From positions 1 to 55,283 of the forward strand of contig JASHSU010000092.1 of the NCBI GenBank assembly GCA_030038605.1: a stretch of DNA of 55,283 bases. Reading direction: 5' to 3'. This document shows, one piece after another, positions 19,288-29,900 of this stretch (positions within the stretch are counted from its first letter, which is position 1; each line of letters opens with the position of its first letter). The notes under the pieces are model-generated. The model was given only the letters and a program-made list of their open reading frames with translations. It was not told the DNA's origin and did not search any database. A program made the position numbers and the translations under genes. This DNA comes from Thermoplasmata archaeon. Lineage in GTDB: Archaea > Thermoplasmatota > Thermoplasmata > Lutacidiplasmatales > UBA184.

Positions 19288-20342
19288 CGACCCCCGCGTC
19301 GGTCCCGGAGTCGGTCGACCCGTCCCTGGAAGCGATCGTCTCGACGACGTTCGGGGCCGAGGCCGCGACCCAGTTCGCCGAGCTGCTGCCGGTGCTCGTC
19401 CGCGACATGGCGGACATCGACTGGCGCGTCGCCGAGGTCCTCGGCTCCACCTACGCGCAGTTGACCGAGGCCGCGCGCTACGCCTGCGCGACCGGTGGCA
19501 AGCGCGTCCGTCCGCTCCTCATGGCCGCGGCCTACCGGTCGCTCGGGGCCAGCAGCACGCAGGCGATCCAGTCGCTGGCCGCCGCCTTCCAGCTGATCCA
19601 CACCGCGACGCTCGTCCACGACGACGTCATCGACCACGCGGAGACGCGACGCGGCCGCCCGTCGATGCCCCGGGCGTTCGGCGTGCCCTTGGCGATCGTC
19701 TCGGGCGACTACCTGTTCGTTCGCGCGTTCGAGCTCGCCTCGGAGTACCCCCGCTCGATCATCATGCGGTGCGGCGAAGCCTGTGCGGACCTGGTCGAGG
19801 GCGAGGTCCTCCAGGAATCGTCCCGGTTCGACCTCTCGTCGGGACGCGACCACTACCTGCGGATCATCGAGCGGAAGACGGCCGCCATCATCGCCGCGGC
19901 CCTCGCCTCGGTCGGTGAGATCGCGGGGACGACGCCGGCCTATGTCGAGGCGATGCAGGGGTACGGACGGGCGCTCGGCATCGCCTTCCAGATGCGCGAC
20001 GACCTGCTCGACGTGGTCGGAGACCCGGACCTGCTCGGCAAGCCGCTCTACTCCGACCTGCGGGAGGGGAACCCTACCCTCGTCTCGCTCGAAACCTACG
20101 CCCGGCTCGACCCGCATCACCAGGCCGAATTCGAGCGGCTGTTCCAATTGCGCCGGAAGCGGACGAAGCATCTGCTCCGACTGCGGGAGCTCACGTTGAT
20201 GACCGACGCGCCGGCGACGGTCGCCCGCGACGCCTCCGACTGGGCCGACCGGGCCGTCCGCCACCTGGAGCCGGTACCCGCGGGACCGTACCGGACCCTG
20301 CTGGAGCGGCTGGCGCATGGGGCCGCGGAACGCCGGTTCTAG
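19284..20342 (+). CDS. trans-Polyprenyl diphosphate synthase (likely medium/long chain)
   Basis: GGKRVRP, first Asp-rich motif HDDVID..RRG, KTA, second motif FQMRDDLLD; GTG overlaps the reductase TGA. Confidence 0.9.
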   Translation: MTTPASVPESVDPSLEAIVSTTFGAEAATQFAELLPVLVRDMADIDWRVAEVLGSTYAQLTEAARYACATGGKRVRPLLMAAAYRSLGASSTQAIQSLAAAFQLIHTATLVHDDVIDHAETRRGRPSMPRAFGVPLAIVSGDYLFVRAFELASEYPRSIIMRCGEACADLVEGEVLQESSRFDLSSGRDHYLRIIERKTAAIIAAALASVGEIAGTTPAYVEAMQGYGRALGIAFQMRDDLLDVVGDPDLLGKPLYSDLREGNPTLVSLETYARLDPHHQAEFERLFQLRRKRTKHLLRLRELTLMTDAPATVARDASDWADRAVRHLEPVPAGPYRTLLERLAHGAAERRF

Positions 20343-20405
20343 TGCGCGCCCGCTGCATCGAAAGCTACAAGCCATCGGGCCGGAGTTCACGGGAGGCGGA
20401 GACCC

Positions 20406-20855
20406 ATGGGCGGTTCGCCGGCGTCGGACGCAAACGCCACGTCGGTGACGTTCGACCGGCTGCCCCCGTCCTGGGCGCCGACGACGGCCGTCCCCCGCCT
20501 TCCCATCGGCGTGGCGGTCGTCTCGGTCCTCATCGCTCTGGCCGGCCTCATCATGGTCCTGGGCGGTCTCCTGTTCCTCCTCGGCGAGGTCGGGAGCACC
20601 GTCATCCCCTCGGCGCTCGACCTGTTCCCGTCCATCGACCTGCTGGGGGCGGCGATCCTGGTCGTCCTCGGCGTCGCGCTCCTGATCATCGCGACGTCGC
20701 TCTGGCGTCAGGAGACTTGGGCGCTCTGGACGACGCTCCTCATCGTCTTCGGCACGACGGTCTACCTGTTCTTCACCGGGTCGATCACGGTGCTGTTCGT
20801 CCTGCTGGTCGTGCTGTTCGTGTACCTGCTCTCGGTCCGCCGGTACTTCTATTGA
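20406..20855 (+). CDS. Hypothetical membrane protein (about 4 TM)
   Basis: Hydrophobic helices, SD-like GGAGG upstream, stop overlaps the next start. Confidence 0.75.
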   Translation: MGGSPASDANATSVTFDRLPPSWAPTTAVPRLPIGVAVVSVLIALAGLIMVLGGLLFLLGEVGSTVIPSALDLFPSIDLLGAAILVVLGVALLIIATSLWRQETWALWTTLLIVFGTTVYLFFTGSITVLFVLLVVLFVYLLSVRRYFY

Positions 20856-21694
20856 CGCACGTCCTGCTGGGCGAGCTGGCGCCGGTGCCGGCCCAGCCCG
20901 ACGCGAACCTGGACCGGTTGGACGCGGTGCTGGCGGCGCATCGGTCCGAGCTGGCCGTCTTCCCGGAACTGTTCCTGTCCGGCTACCGGGTGGGGGACCG
21001 GTTCCACCATCTGGCGCTCACGCCCGGCAATGCCCGGTGGGACCGTCTCCTCACCCTCGCGAAGGAGCATCGAACGTCGCTCGTGGTCGGCGCGCCGACC
21101 CGGTCGTCCGAGCGCCGGGGGGAGCTCCAGAACGTCGTCCTCCTGGTGCGCCCCGACGGGACGGTCGGGATCCAGGTCAAGCGGTACCTTCCGACGTTCG
21201 GGCCGTTCGAGGAGGGCGTCCCGTTCACGCCGTCCGACACGAGCCGGGCCCTGCCGTGGGGGGCACAGTCGGTCGGACTGGCGATCTGCTACGACACGTT
21301 CTTTCCCGAGGTGTTCCGCGCGCTCGCCCTGGACGGCGCGGAACTCCTGGTCGTGGTCTCGGCGTCCCCGGTGACCAGCGGGGCGCTGTTCGCCAAGCTC
21401 CTCCCCGCGCGGGCGGTCGAGAACGGCGTGCCCGTCGTCTACGTGAACCGCGTCGGGGTCGAGGACGGCATCGTCTTCGGGGGCGGGAGCGGCGCGTGGG
21501 ATGCCCGCGGTGAGCCGATCGCGGCGACTCCGCTGACCCTCCCGGGTCTGCGCGCGGACGAGCGGCTCCTTTCGGTGGATGTGGACTTCTCGGAGGCCGC
21601 GCGCTGGCGTCCGTTCCGCCCGGTCCTGCGGGACGTCGCGACCCGGCCCGGCTCGACGGCGGAGCACCTTTCCGCTCTAACACGGGACTTATAG
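20852..21694 (+). CDS. Carbon-nitrogen hydrolase (nitrilase superfamily)
   Basis: Glu-Lys-Cys triad contexts [14 protein letters not shown] and AICYD; ARAVEN; TTG start overlapping the upstream TGA. Confidence 0.9.
   Translation: MTHVLLGELAPVPAQPDANLDRLDAVLAAHRSELAVFPELFLSGYRVGDRFHHLALTPGNARWDRLLTLAKEHRTSLVVGAPTRSSERRGELQNVVLLVRPDGTVGIQVKRYLPTFGPFEEGVPFTPSDTSRALPWGAQSVGLAICYDTFFPEVFRALALDGAELLVVVSASPVTSGALFAKLLPARAVENGVPVVYVNRVGVEDGIVFGGGSGAWDARGEPIAATPLTLPGLRADERLLSVDVDFSEAARWRPFRPVLRDVATRPGSTAEHLSALTRDL
21688..21694 (+). promoter_or_regulatory. Putative TATA box of top6B
   Basis: CTTATAG about 27 nt upstream of ATG 21721. Confidence 0.5.
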
Positions 21695-21720
21695 CGGTCG
21701 GAGCGGGCTGGCCCTCGCCG

Positions 21721-23742
21721 ATGGCCCCGCCCCCGACGATCGCGCAGCAGCTCGCGTCCAAGCAACGGGAGATCTCGGTCGCGGAGTTTTTCGAGCGGAA
21801 CCGGCAGATCCTCGGGTTCGACAACCCGCAGCGGTCGCTGCTCACGACCGTCAAGGAAGCCGCGGACAACGGGCTCGATGCCTGCGAGGAGGCGGGGATC
21901 CTACCCGAGATCCTGGTCGAGATCGCCAAGGAGGGGGACGACCGCGTCCGGGTCGCCGTCACGGACAACGGACCCGGTATTCTCCGCAAGGAGATCCCGA
22001 ACGTCTTCGCCCGGCTGCTCTACGGTTCCCGGTTCCACTCCAACCGGCAGGCCCGGGGACAGCAAGGGATCGGCATCAGCGCCGCGGTACTGTACGCCAA
22101 CCTGACGACGGCCCGGCCCGCGAAGATCACCTCGAAGGTCGAGGAAGAAGAGGCGGCGCACGTCCTCGAACTGTTCATCGATACCCAGAAGAACCAGCCC
22201 CGGGTCGCGACCGAGGACGTGGTCCTCTGGGACCGACCCCACGGGACCCGGATCGAGCTCGTGTTGAAGGCCCGGTACATCCGGGGCCGTCAATCGCCCT
22301 ACGAATACCTCCGGGGCACGGCGATCGTCAACCCGCATGCGCGGATCGTCCTCGTCGAACCGGACGGGACCCGCGTCACGTTCGAACGCGCGACCGAGGA
22401 GCGGCCCCCGATCGCGAAGGAGACGCTCCCGCACCCGTACGGACTCGAACTCGGCGAGCTCGGCTACCATCTCAAGGCGACGAAGAAACCGACCTGCACC
22501 GAGTTCCTGACCAAGGACCTGCAGGGGGTTTCGTCCCGGGCCGCCAAGGAGGTCCTCGCCGCCGCCGGCCTCAAGGCGTCCACCGCGCCCGGCTCCGTCC
22601 AGGGCGAAGACCAGGAGCGGTTGCTGACCGCCCTCCGCGCGGCGTCGCTCGTCGCCCCGTCCGCCGAGGGACTCTCGCCCATCGGCGCGATGCTCATCAA
22701 ACGCGGGCTCAAGAACGTCCTCGGCGACGTCCGGCCCGACTTCTTCGCTCCGCCCGTGAGCCGCCCGCCCAAGGTGCGGGGCGGCTACCCGTTCATGGTC
22801 GAGGTCGGGTTGGTCTACGGCGGTGGCCTGCCGGCCGATCAGCCCGTCCAGATCCTGCGCTTCGCCAACCGAGTGCCCCTCCTGTTCCAGCAGGGAGCGT
22901 GCGCCATCACGAACGCGATCTCCAACCTGGACTGGCGGCGTTACGGCCTGGACCAGAAGGGAGGTTCGGGGCTGCCGGCCGGGCCCGCCCTCATCCTCGT
23001 CCACGTCGCGTCCACCAAGATCCCGTTCACCAGCGAAGCGAAGGAGGCGATCGCCGAGGACCCCGAGGTCGACCGGGAGTTGACCCTCGCGCTCCAGGTG
23101 GCCGCCCGGCACCTGCGGACCCATCTGTCGCGTCGCAACCGGCGCGATCTGGCGAGCGAAAAGTTCGCGATCATCCTCAAGATCCTGCCCAAGCTCGCCG
23201 AGAAGACGAGCGGGCTGGTCGGCAAACCGCCGCCCGACTTGACGCCGGTCATCACCCGGATCATGGATGTCGTCAACATCGAGTCGGGGGTCACGTCCGC
23301 CGCGGACGGCGTCCACGTCCCCGTGGACATCACCAACTACACGCCCCGAGCTCGCGTCCTGGAGCTGTTCGTCGAGTTGCCCCCGGAAGCGCTCGGAGGG
23401 GCGACGTTCGCTCCGGCCCCGGACGGGACGGACCCTCACCTCGGGCGCGCGTGGTGGACGCTCCCGAAGCTGACGCCGAGCGGGAAGACCCACCTGGAGC
23501 TCACGTTCCCTCCCAAGACGGACGTGGAGTCCAACGACCTCGACTGGTACGTCGCGGGGATCGACGAAGCTCACCTGCTGGGGGCCGACCCGCTCCCCGG
23601 GGACTGGGACGTCCGCCTGCCCCGGACGATCGTGGAGGCGGCCGAAGCGGCCGCCGCCGAGGGGGCCGCGAACGGCGGAGGCGAGGAGGAGGTGGATTAC
23701 GATGCCGCGGAGTCGGGCGAAAGCAGCGCCGAAGACGACTGA
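21721..23742 (+). CDS. top6B: DNA topoisomerase VI subunit B
   Basis: [33 protein letters not shown] (GHKL ATPase), RFANRVPL. Confidence 0.96.
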   Translation: MAPPPTIAQQLASKQREISVAEFFERNRQILGFDNPQRSLLTTVKEAADNGLDACEEAGILPEILVEIAKEGDDRVRVAVTDNGPGILRKEIPNVFARLLYGSRFHSNRQARGQQGIGISAAVLYANLTTARPAKITSKVEEEEAAHVLELFIDTQKNQPRVATEDVVLWDRPHGTRIELVLKARYIRGRQSPYEYLRGTAIVNPHARIVLVEPDGTRVTFERATEERPPIAKETLPHPYGLELGELGYHLKATKKPTCTEFLTKDLQGVSSRAAKEVLAAAGLKASTAPGSVQGEDQERLLTALRAASLVAPSAEGLSPIGAMLIKRGLKNVLGDVRPDFFAPPVSRPPKVRGGYPFMVEVGLVYGGGLPADQPVQILRFANRVPLLFQQGACAITNAISNLDWRRYGLDQKGGSGLPAGPALILVHVASTKIPFTSEAKEAIAEDPEVDRELTLALQVAARHLRTHLSRRNRRDLASEKFAIILKILPKLAEKTSGLVGKPPPDLTPVITRIMDVVNIESGVTSAADGVHVPVDITNYTPRARVLELFVELPPEALGGATFAPAPDGTDPHLGRAWWTLPKLTPSGKTHLELTFPPKTDVESNDLDWYVAGIDEAHLLGADPLPGDWDVRLPRTIVEAAEAAAAEGAANGGGEEEVDYDAAESGESSAEDD

Positions 23743-24841
23743 GGAGGACGAACCGAAGATCCGGGCGGATGCGCTCACGCCCACCCTGGACCTGGCCCGT
23801 CAGATCTACGAGCAGCTGGACCACGGCGAGATCCCCCGGATGCGGCTTCCGCTCCGGACGAAGCAGAACCTCGCGTTCCAGGCCCGGGAGGGGGTCTGGA
23901 AGCTGGGCCGCCAGATGGGCACCCGCAGCGCCCGGAAGCTGGACGGGGCGCTGATGCTGCTCCGGACGTTCTACCTCGTGGATTTCATCAACGAGATGGC
24001 TCGCGACAAGAAGACCTCGACGCTGCGGGAACTCTACTACATCAGCGAAGCCTGGCAGGAGGCGAAGTTCCACAGCGAGGACGAGTCCAACCTCCTCATC
24101 GAGGACCTGGAGGTCCTCTGCGAGCGCCTTCGCGAGGACTTTCGGCTCCATCCCGAGGAGAACGGCGCCTCCGTCATCGGCGACCTCACGCTCAAGGAGC
24201 GGAACCGCAAGGGCATCGTGAAGACGATCAACTGCCGGGACGACGTCGGGGACGGTGGCTACTCGCTGCCGTTCAACGTCGAGAAGGAGAAGATCCAGCT
24301 CGTCAAGACCAGCGCGAAGTTCGTCATCGCCATCGAATGCGGTGGCATGGTCGACCGGCTCGCCGAGAACGGGTTCGACGAGCAGTACGACGCGATCCTC
24401 ATCCACCTGAAGGGCCAGCCGGCCCGCTCGACCCGTCGGTTCCTGCGACGCGTCACGGAGGAGCTCAAGCTGCCCGTGGTCGTCTTCACGGACGGCGACC
24501 CCTGGTCGTTCCGCATCTACGCGAGCGTCGCCTACGGAGCGATCAAGACGGCCCACATCTCCTCGTATCTGGCGACCCCCGCCGCCGAGTTCCTCGGCGT
24601 CACCGCCTCCGACATCGAGAACTACGACCTGCCCTCGGACCACTTGTCCGACCAGGACGTCCGGGCGCTCCAGGCCGAGCTCACCGACCCCCGGTTCGGC
24701 ACGCCCGAATGGCGGGCCGAGATCGAGCTGATGCTCAAGAACGGCAAGAAGGCCGAGCAGCAGTCGCTCGCGAAGTACGGACTCAACTACGTGACGGAGC
24801 ACTACCTGCCGGAAAAGCTCACCGAGATGGGCGTGCTCTAG
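23702..24841 (+). CDS. top6A: DNA topoisomerase VI subunit A (Spo11 family)
   Basis: TLRELYY (catalytic Tyr), KGQP, TDGDP TOPRIM, KAEQQ; SD GGAGGTGG upstream. Confidence 0.96.
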   Translation: MPRSRAKAAPKTTEEDEPKIRADALTPTLDLARQIYEQLDHGEIPRMRLPLRTKQNLAFQAREGVWKLGRQMGTRSARKLDGALMLLRTFYLVDFINEMARDKKTSTLRELYYISEAWQEAKFHSEDESNLLIEDLEVLCERLREDFRLHPEENGASVIGDLTLKERNRKGIVKTINCRDDVGDGGYSLPFNVEKEKIQLVKTSAKFVIAIECGGMVDRLAENGFDEQYDAILIHLKGQPARSTRRFLRRVTEELKLPVVVFTDGDPWSFRIYASVAYGAIKTAHISSYLATPAAEFLGVTASDIENYDLPSDHLSDQDVRALQAELTDPRFGTPEWRAEIELMLKNGKKAEQQSLAKYGLNYVTEHYLPEKLTEMGVL

Positions 24842-26067
24842 GACGCCGCGTCAGCGAAGGCGAGGCCCGTCCGCCGCTCGATATCCTGGATGGCGGCCCG
24901 GGCCGCTTTCCGGTCTCCCGTCGGGACGTGACCGGACGGGTCGGCGTCGATCTGGGCGGCGAACGCCCGGAGATGGTCGAACACCCGGTCGGTGGCGAGG
25001 TCCGCGGCCAGGTCCCGACGGACGGCGGCGGCCACCTCGACGGCGCGCAGCGCCCCGATGTGGCCCCCGACGCCCGGCCGGAGCCAGAACCGCACCGTGC
25101 GACGGATGCGGCGCCACTCGGCGGCGGCCCGATGCAACCCGGTCGAGCTCCAGTCGAACCGCTCCGTCGTGGGCGCGGAGAGCAGGTACCAGCGCAGGGC
25201 GTCCGGACCGACCTCGCGGAGCGCCGTCCGCAACGGAACGAGGTTCCCTCGGGACTTCGACATCTTGGACCCGGCCCACAGGACGAGGGCGGGATGTACG
25301 AACAGGCGGGCGAACGGTTTACGGTCGAGGGCGAGCGCGACCTCGTTCTCCGCGTAGTGGTGCGGGAAGATGAGATCCCGACCGCCTCCGTGGACGTCGA
25401 CCGGCATGCCGATGAGCTGGTGGGCCATCGCGTAGCACTCCAGGTGCCAGCCCGGGGTGCCCCGGCCCCACGGTCCTTCCCAGGAGGGGCGGGGCGGCTC
25501 CTGCAATTTCCAGACCAGGAACTCGCCCGCGGACTGCTCGTCGACCGGGAACGGATGCCCCGGCTCGTCGACCGCGTGGGCTGCCAGTTCGGCGCCGGTG
25601 GGGAAGTTCACGCCCGCCGGTCGTCGGGGCGGTGTGTAGAGCCACTCGTCCCCCTGGCGATGCACCCTACCGGTCCGGGCAAGTTTGCGGGCAACTTCCG
25701 TCATCTGCGGGACGTAGTCGGAGGCCCGGGGGCGGAAGCGCGGAGAGAGGATCCGTAACGTCCGCAGGTCCCGGAGGAAGCTCGCCTCCTCCCGCATCGC
25801 GAGCGTGCGCCATGTCAGGCCGAGCTCCGCGGCTCGGGCATCGATCTTGTCCTCGAAGTTGGTGACGTTCATCACGTGGAGGACGGGCACGCCCTCCGCC
25901 TCGAGCTGCCGTCGGATGAGGTCGAAGACGAGGTAGGTCCGGGCGTGGCCCACGTGCGCCCCGTCGTAAACGGTCGGGCCGCAGACGTAGAGACCGACCG
26001 GCCGCGCGGGACGGTGCGTCACGGGTCGCACGCGACCCGAGAGAGTGTCCCGGAGGAGCAGCTCCAT
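24838..26067 (-). CDS. cysS: Cysteinyl-tRNA synthetase-like protein (409 aa, lacks the C-terminal anticodon-binding domain)
   Basis: YVCGPTVY, HVGH, PGWHLEC, HGGG.DLIFPHH, KMSKS. Confidence 0.8.
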   Translation of the reverse strand: MELLLRDTLSGRVRPVTHRPARPVGLYVCGPTVYDGAHVGHARTYLVFDLIRRQLEAEGVPVLHVMNVTNFEDKIDARAAELGLTWRTLAMREEASFLRDLRTLRILSPRFRPRASDYVPQMTEVARKLARTGRVHRQGDEWLYTPPRRPAGVNFPTGAELAAHAVDEPGHPFPVDEQSAGEFLVWKLQEPPRPSWEGPWGRGTPGWHLECYAMAHQLIGMPVDVHGGGRDLIFPHHYAENEVALALDRKPFARLFVHPALVLWAGSKMSKSRGNLVPLRTALREVGPDALRWYLLSAPTTERFDWSSTGLHRAAAEWRRIRRTVRFWLRPGVGGHIGALRAVEVAAAVRRDLAADLATDRVFDHLRAFAAQIDADPSGHVPTGDRKAARAAIQDIERRTGLAFADAAS

Positions 26068-26175
26068 CCCGGCTCCGTGGCGCCGCCGAAGGGCATTAGC
26101 TCTTTGCCGACCGGCGGTCGTCGCGCGAACGCACAACGCTCAAGTGGGCCTCGGCGTCTCCTCCCGCGAAACCGG

Positions 26176-26412
26176 ATGGAGATCGTCTACCTCCTGGTGG
26201 TCACCGAGGTCGGCAAGCTGGACGAGGTGGCCCGTCGCCTGCGGGGCATCCCCGAGGTCGCCGAGGTCCAGGCCGTGACCGGCCCGTTCGACCTGATCGT
26301 CAAGGTCGAGGCACCGCACATCAACGCCGCCCTCGACACCGTCGTCCACAAGATCCGCCGGGTTCCGGGCATCAAGTCGACCGAGACCCTCGTCACCGTC
26401 GCCACGAGTTAG
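26176..26412 (+). CDS. Stand-alone Lrp/AsnC ligand-binding (RAM) domain protein
   Basis: VTGPFDLIVKV, IRRVPGIKSTETL; 78 aa, no HTH. Confidence 0.88.
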   Translation: MEIVYLLVVTEVGKLDEVARRLRGIPEVAEVQAVTGPFDLIVKVEAPHINAALDTVVHKIRRVPGIKSTETLVTVATS

Positions 26413-26432
26413 CTGAGGGACCCTCCATTCGA

Positions 26433-26480
26433 CGGCTCGGGCCCGGGCGACTGCGCCGGAAACGCCCGGGCCCCGAGCCG
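26433..26480. repeat. 17-bp GC-rich inverted repeat (hairpin)
   Basis: CGGCTCGGGCCCGGGCG (26433-26449) pairs with CGCCCGGG(C)CCCGAGCCG (26463-26480); 13-nt loop, one bulge. Confidence 0.7.
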
Positions 26481-26513
26481 GTCTAAAATAGCGAACCTTC
26501 CGTGGGGGGCCCG

Positions 26514-26954
26514 ATGGTCGAAGTCGGACAGGTCGCCCCGGATTTCGTCGCACCGGACCAGGACGCCCAGCCGTTCCAGCTCTCCTCGCTGCGGGGCCAC
26601 CCGGTCGTGCTCTACTTCTACCCGGCGGCCGACACGCCCGGCTGCACGATCGAGGCCAAGGGATTCCAGAACTACCTGGGCGAATTTGCCGCCCAGCACG
26701 TGAGCGTGGTCGGGGTGAGCACCGACGACTGCCCTGCGCAGAAGGCGTTCGCCAACAAGTACGGGTTGCGGTTCCCGCTGATCGCGGACGCGAAGAAGGA
26801 GGTCGCCACGAAGTACGGCGTCCTCAAGCCCGGGGGCACCGCCCGCCGGGTCACGTTCATGCTGGACGCGGCCGGCAAGGTGCTCGAGATCGTAGACGGG
26901 GCCCCGGCCGACACGCACGTGGCCAAGGCCCGCGAGCGATTCCTCACGTCGTAG
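26514..26954 (+). CDS. bcp: Peroxiredoxin (BCP/PrxQ)
   Basis: VLYFYPAADTPGCTIEA; TATA-like CTAAAATA at 26483-26490. Confidence 0.92.
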   Translation: MVEVGQVAPDFVAPDQDAQPFQLSSLRGHPVVLYFYPAADTPGCTIEAKGFQNYLGEFAAQHVSVVGVSTDDCPAQKAFANKYGLRFPLIADAKKEVATKYGVLKPGGTARRVTFMLDAAGKVLEIVDGAPADTHVAKARERFLTS

Positions 26955-29900
26955 GCTGGGACGTCGCCTCGCTCGGGGCGACCGGAGGCTCCGCCGTCGT
27001 CGGGCTCGTGCCCTTTCGGCCCGAGAGGCTCCAGGCGCGGTCCCCGAGCAGCTGGAGCACCGCGGGAACCAGGTACGTACGGACCACCATCGCGTCCAGG
27101 ATGACCGCCACCGCGACCGAGAACCCGATCGCCCGGATCAGCGTGAACTCACCGACCGCCAGCGCGGCGAACGCACTGGCCAGGATGATCGCGGCCGCCG
27201 TGATGATGCCACCCGTCCGGCCGACCGAGGTCACGACCGCTTCGGAGGACGGGCGCCCCCGGAGCCGCTCCTCTCGCACCCGGCTCAGCACGAAAATGTT
27301 GTAGTCGATGCCCAAGCCGAGGACGAGCATGAACAGGATCGTACGCACGTAGAAGAAGAGCGGGAAGCCCAGGAGCTGGTCGAATACGAGGTAGGTGACG
27401 GCCCACGCCCAGCTGATCGACAGCCCGATCGTCGCCACCGCCATGAGGGCGATGATCCACGACCGCAGCACCGCGATCAGGACGACCAGCAACCCCACCG
27501 TCACGGCCACGATGAGGATGAGCGTGGCCTGCGCCGTCTCGGAGGCGAGGTCGCCGATCGTGGGAGCCCCCCCACCGTAGGCGATCTGGGTCACTTCGGG
27601 GTGGCTCTCCGTGAAGGCAGCGTACGAGGACCGGACCGCGTCGACCGCGTTCACCGCCTGCTGCGAGAGCCCCGTGGCGGTCGGGTAGAACGTCAGCAAC
27701 ACCGTGCGCCCGTCCGTCCCGACGTACCCGCTCAACGTGCCGAGCAGATTCTTCTGCGGCGCCAGGGGCTGGCTGGAGAGGTTGAGCCACGTCCCGAGCG
27801 GGGCTCCGTACGGTCCGACCGGCGAGAGGACGGAGGCGATCCCGCTCGTATTCTCCGCCCGCGCCGTGAACGCCGCCAGGTCGACGAATTCCTGCGCATT
27901 CGTCTGGTTGCCGACGACGAGCGGCGCGCTGAACGTGACCAACGCGAACGAGGGGGTCGCGAACCCGTTGCCGTAGGCGTGGTAGAGCGTCTGGAGCCCG
28001 TCGGTCGCCGGGTGGCCGGACGGCAGTTGGCCGTAGAAGTCGTAGGCGAGCGGGACATTGAGCGCGATGTAGACGAGCGGGATGCTCACGAGCAGGAGCA
28101 CGGCGACCAGGACCACCGGGCGCCGCTGCGAGAGCCGGCCGGCCCGGTAGAAGTACGTCTGCTCGCGGCGCGTCGCCTCCTCGGTCCGCCGGGCCAGGCG
28201 CTCGAACCGGGCCCCCGAGTACGGCCAGAAGATCCGGCGCCCCAGCAGCTTCAGGAACGCCGGGACGAGCGTGAGCGACATCAGGATGGTGAGGAGGATG
28301 GCCACCGAGAGCACCGACCCCCAGTTCTCGAGTAAGGTGATCCCGCTGAACGTGAGGGCGAGCGTTGCGATGATGGCGGTCGAGCCGCTGGTCGCGACCG
28401 ACTGTCCGGCCCACGCCACGGAGTGGACGATCGCCTCGTCCGGACCCGCACCGTGGACCAGCTCCTCCCGGTACCGGGCCACCAGGAAAATCGAGTAGTC
28501 AGTTCCCACGCCCAGGACGAACACTTCCTCGAGCGTGAGGGACGTCGTGTCCACGGCTCCGAAGACCTTCCCGATCACGATGGTCGCTCCGAGGGCGAGG
28601 ACCAGCGCGATCCCGAGGCCGGCGAAGGTGACGGACGGCGTCACCGGGGACCGGAAGTAGAGCATGGCGATCACCAGCAGCAGGCCGACCGTCAGCGGGA
28701 GGACGAGCGCCAGTGTCTCGCTCACCGCCTGATTCGTGAACAGGTCCAACGGGCCGGCGCCGGTCTGGACGTAGGAGATCGAACGGGACGGGTCGGACGA
28801 GGTCAGGACCGCTTGGACCGTGGTGTCGATCTTTCCGTAGTCAGCGTAGACCGGTTGTCCGCCGCTCCCGTTGGTGTAGTCGTCGGCCACGGTGAACGCC
28901 ACGCTGATGAGCGACGCGGTCCCCGCCGCGTTCACGAACTGGGCGAGGATCGCGCGCGGAACGGGCAGGGGCTCGGTCCACAACGTCGCGTTCGCCACGG
29001 TAGCGTTGGCCCACGCCTCCGCGGTTGCGCTGGTCGTCCGTCCGCCCGGGAACGCGGTCCAGACCGTGTCCACCCAGGTCGCCGGAAACCCGACCTGCAC
29101 GGCGAGCAACCCGGAGGCGGTCGTCCGCACGCTCGACCACGCCGTGAAGTTCTGAAGGCCGAGCGAGCCCAGGACCGCGCTCGCGACCCCGGCCGACTCG
29201 GGCGTCGGGAAGAGGGTTGGCACCAGGGTGGCGACCGGTCCGCGAACGACCGACTGGGCGCACGCGACGACCTGGGCGGGGGCGGCGGCGCAGTCCGCGC
29301 TGCCGTTGAACCCGTCGGTCGAACCACCCGCGCCGGTGTAGAACGCGGTGAGGACCGCCTCGGCGGTCGCGTTGCCGCCGAGCGAGGCCAGCGTCGCCTC
29401 GTACGCCGGGTAGTTCCAGTGCGCCGGAGGTTGGCTCGTATTCTGGATGAGCTGCTCCCAGGTGGCCACGAAGGCCGCCGGAGTACCCCAGAGGAGGGAC
29501 GCGGTGCCGTTCACTCCCGCCGTCAGGCTGTCGGGGCCGGAGCTCGCGCCCCGAATCGCGCCCCCGGCGAGCTCCACCTGACCGGCCAGGTAGCCGGCGT
29601 AGGCGGTGTACACGCTGCTGTAGCCGGCCACATTCTGGAGCGACCGGTCGGCGGCCAGCGCGGCCGTCACGTTGAGCAGGGCTCCCTGCGCGCTCCGGTC
29701 CGTGAGGTTCGGTCCCGTGAACAACAGGATGCTGGAGGAGCCCCCGGTCTCGTTGGGGAACAGTCGGGCGAACTCGTCGTTCGCGAGTGCGCTCGGGGAC
29801 GACGCCGAGGCGTTCTGGCTGGTGTTGGTCGTCACCGAGCCGAGGAGCGGGAGGAACGGGACCACGACGACGAGCAGGGCGACCCAGAAGATCACCGGGT

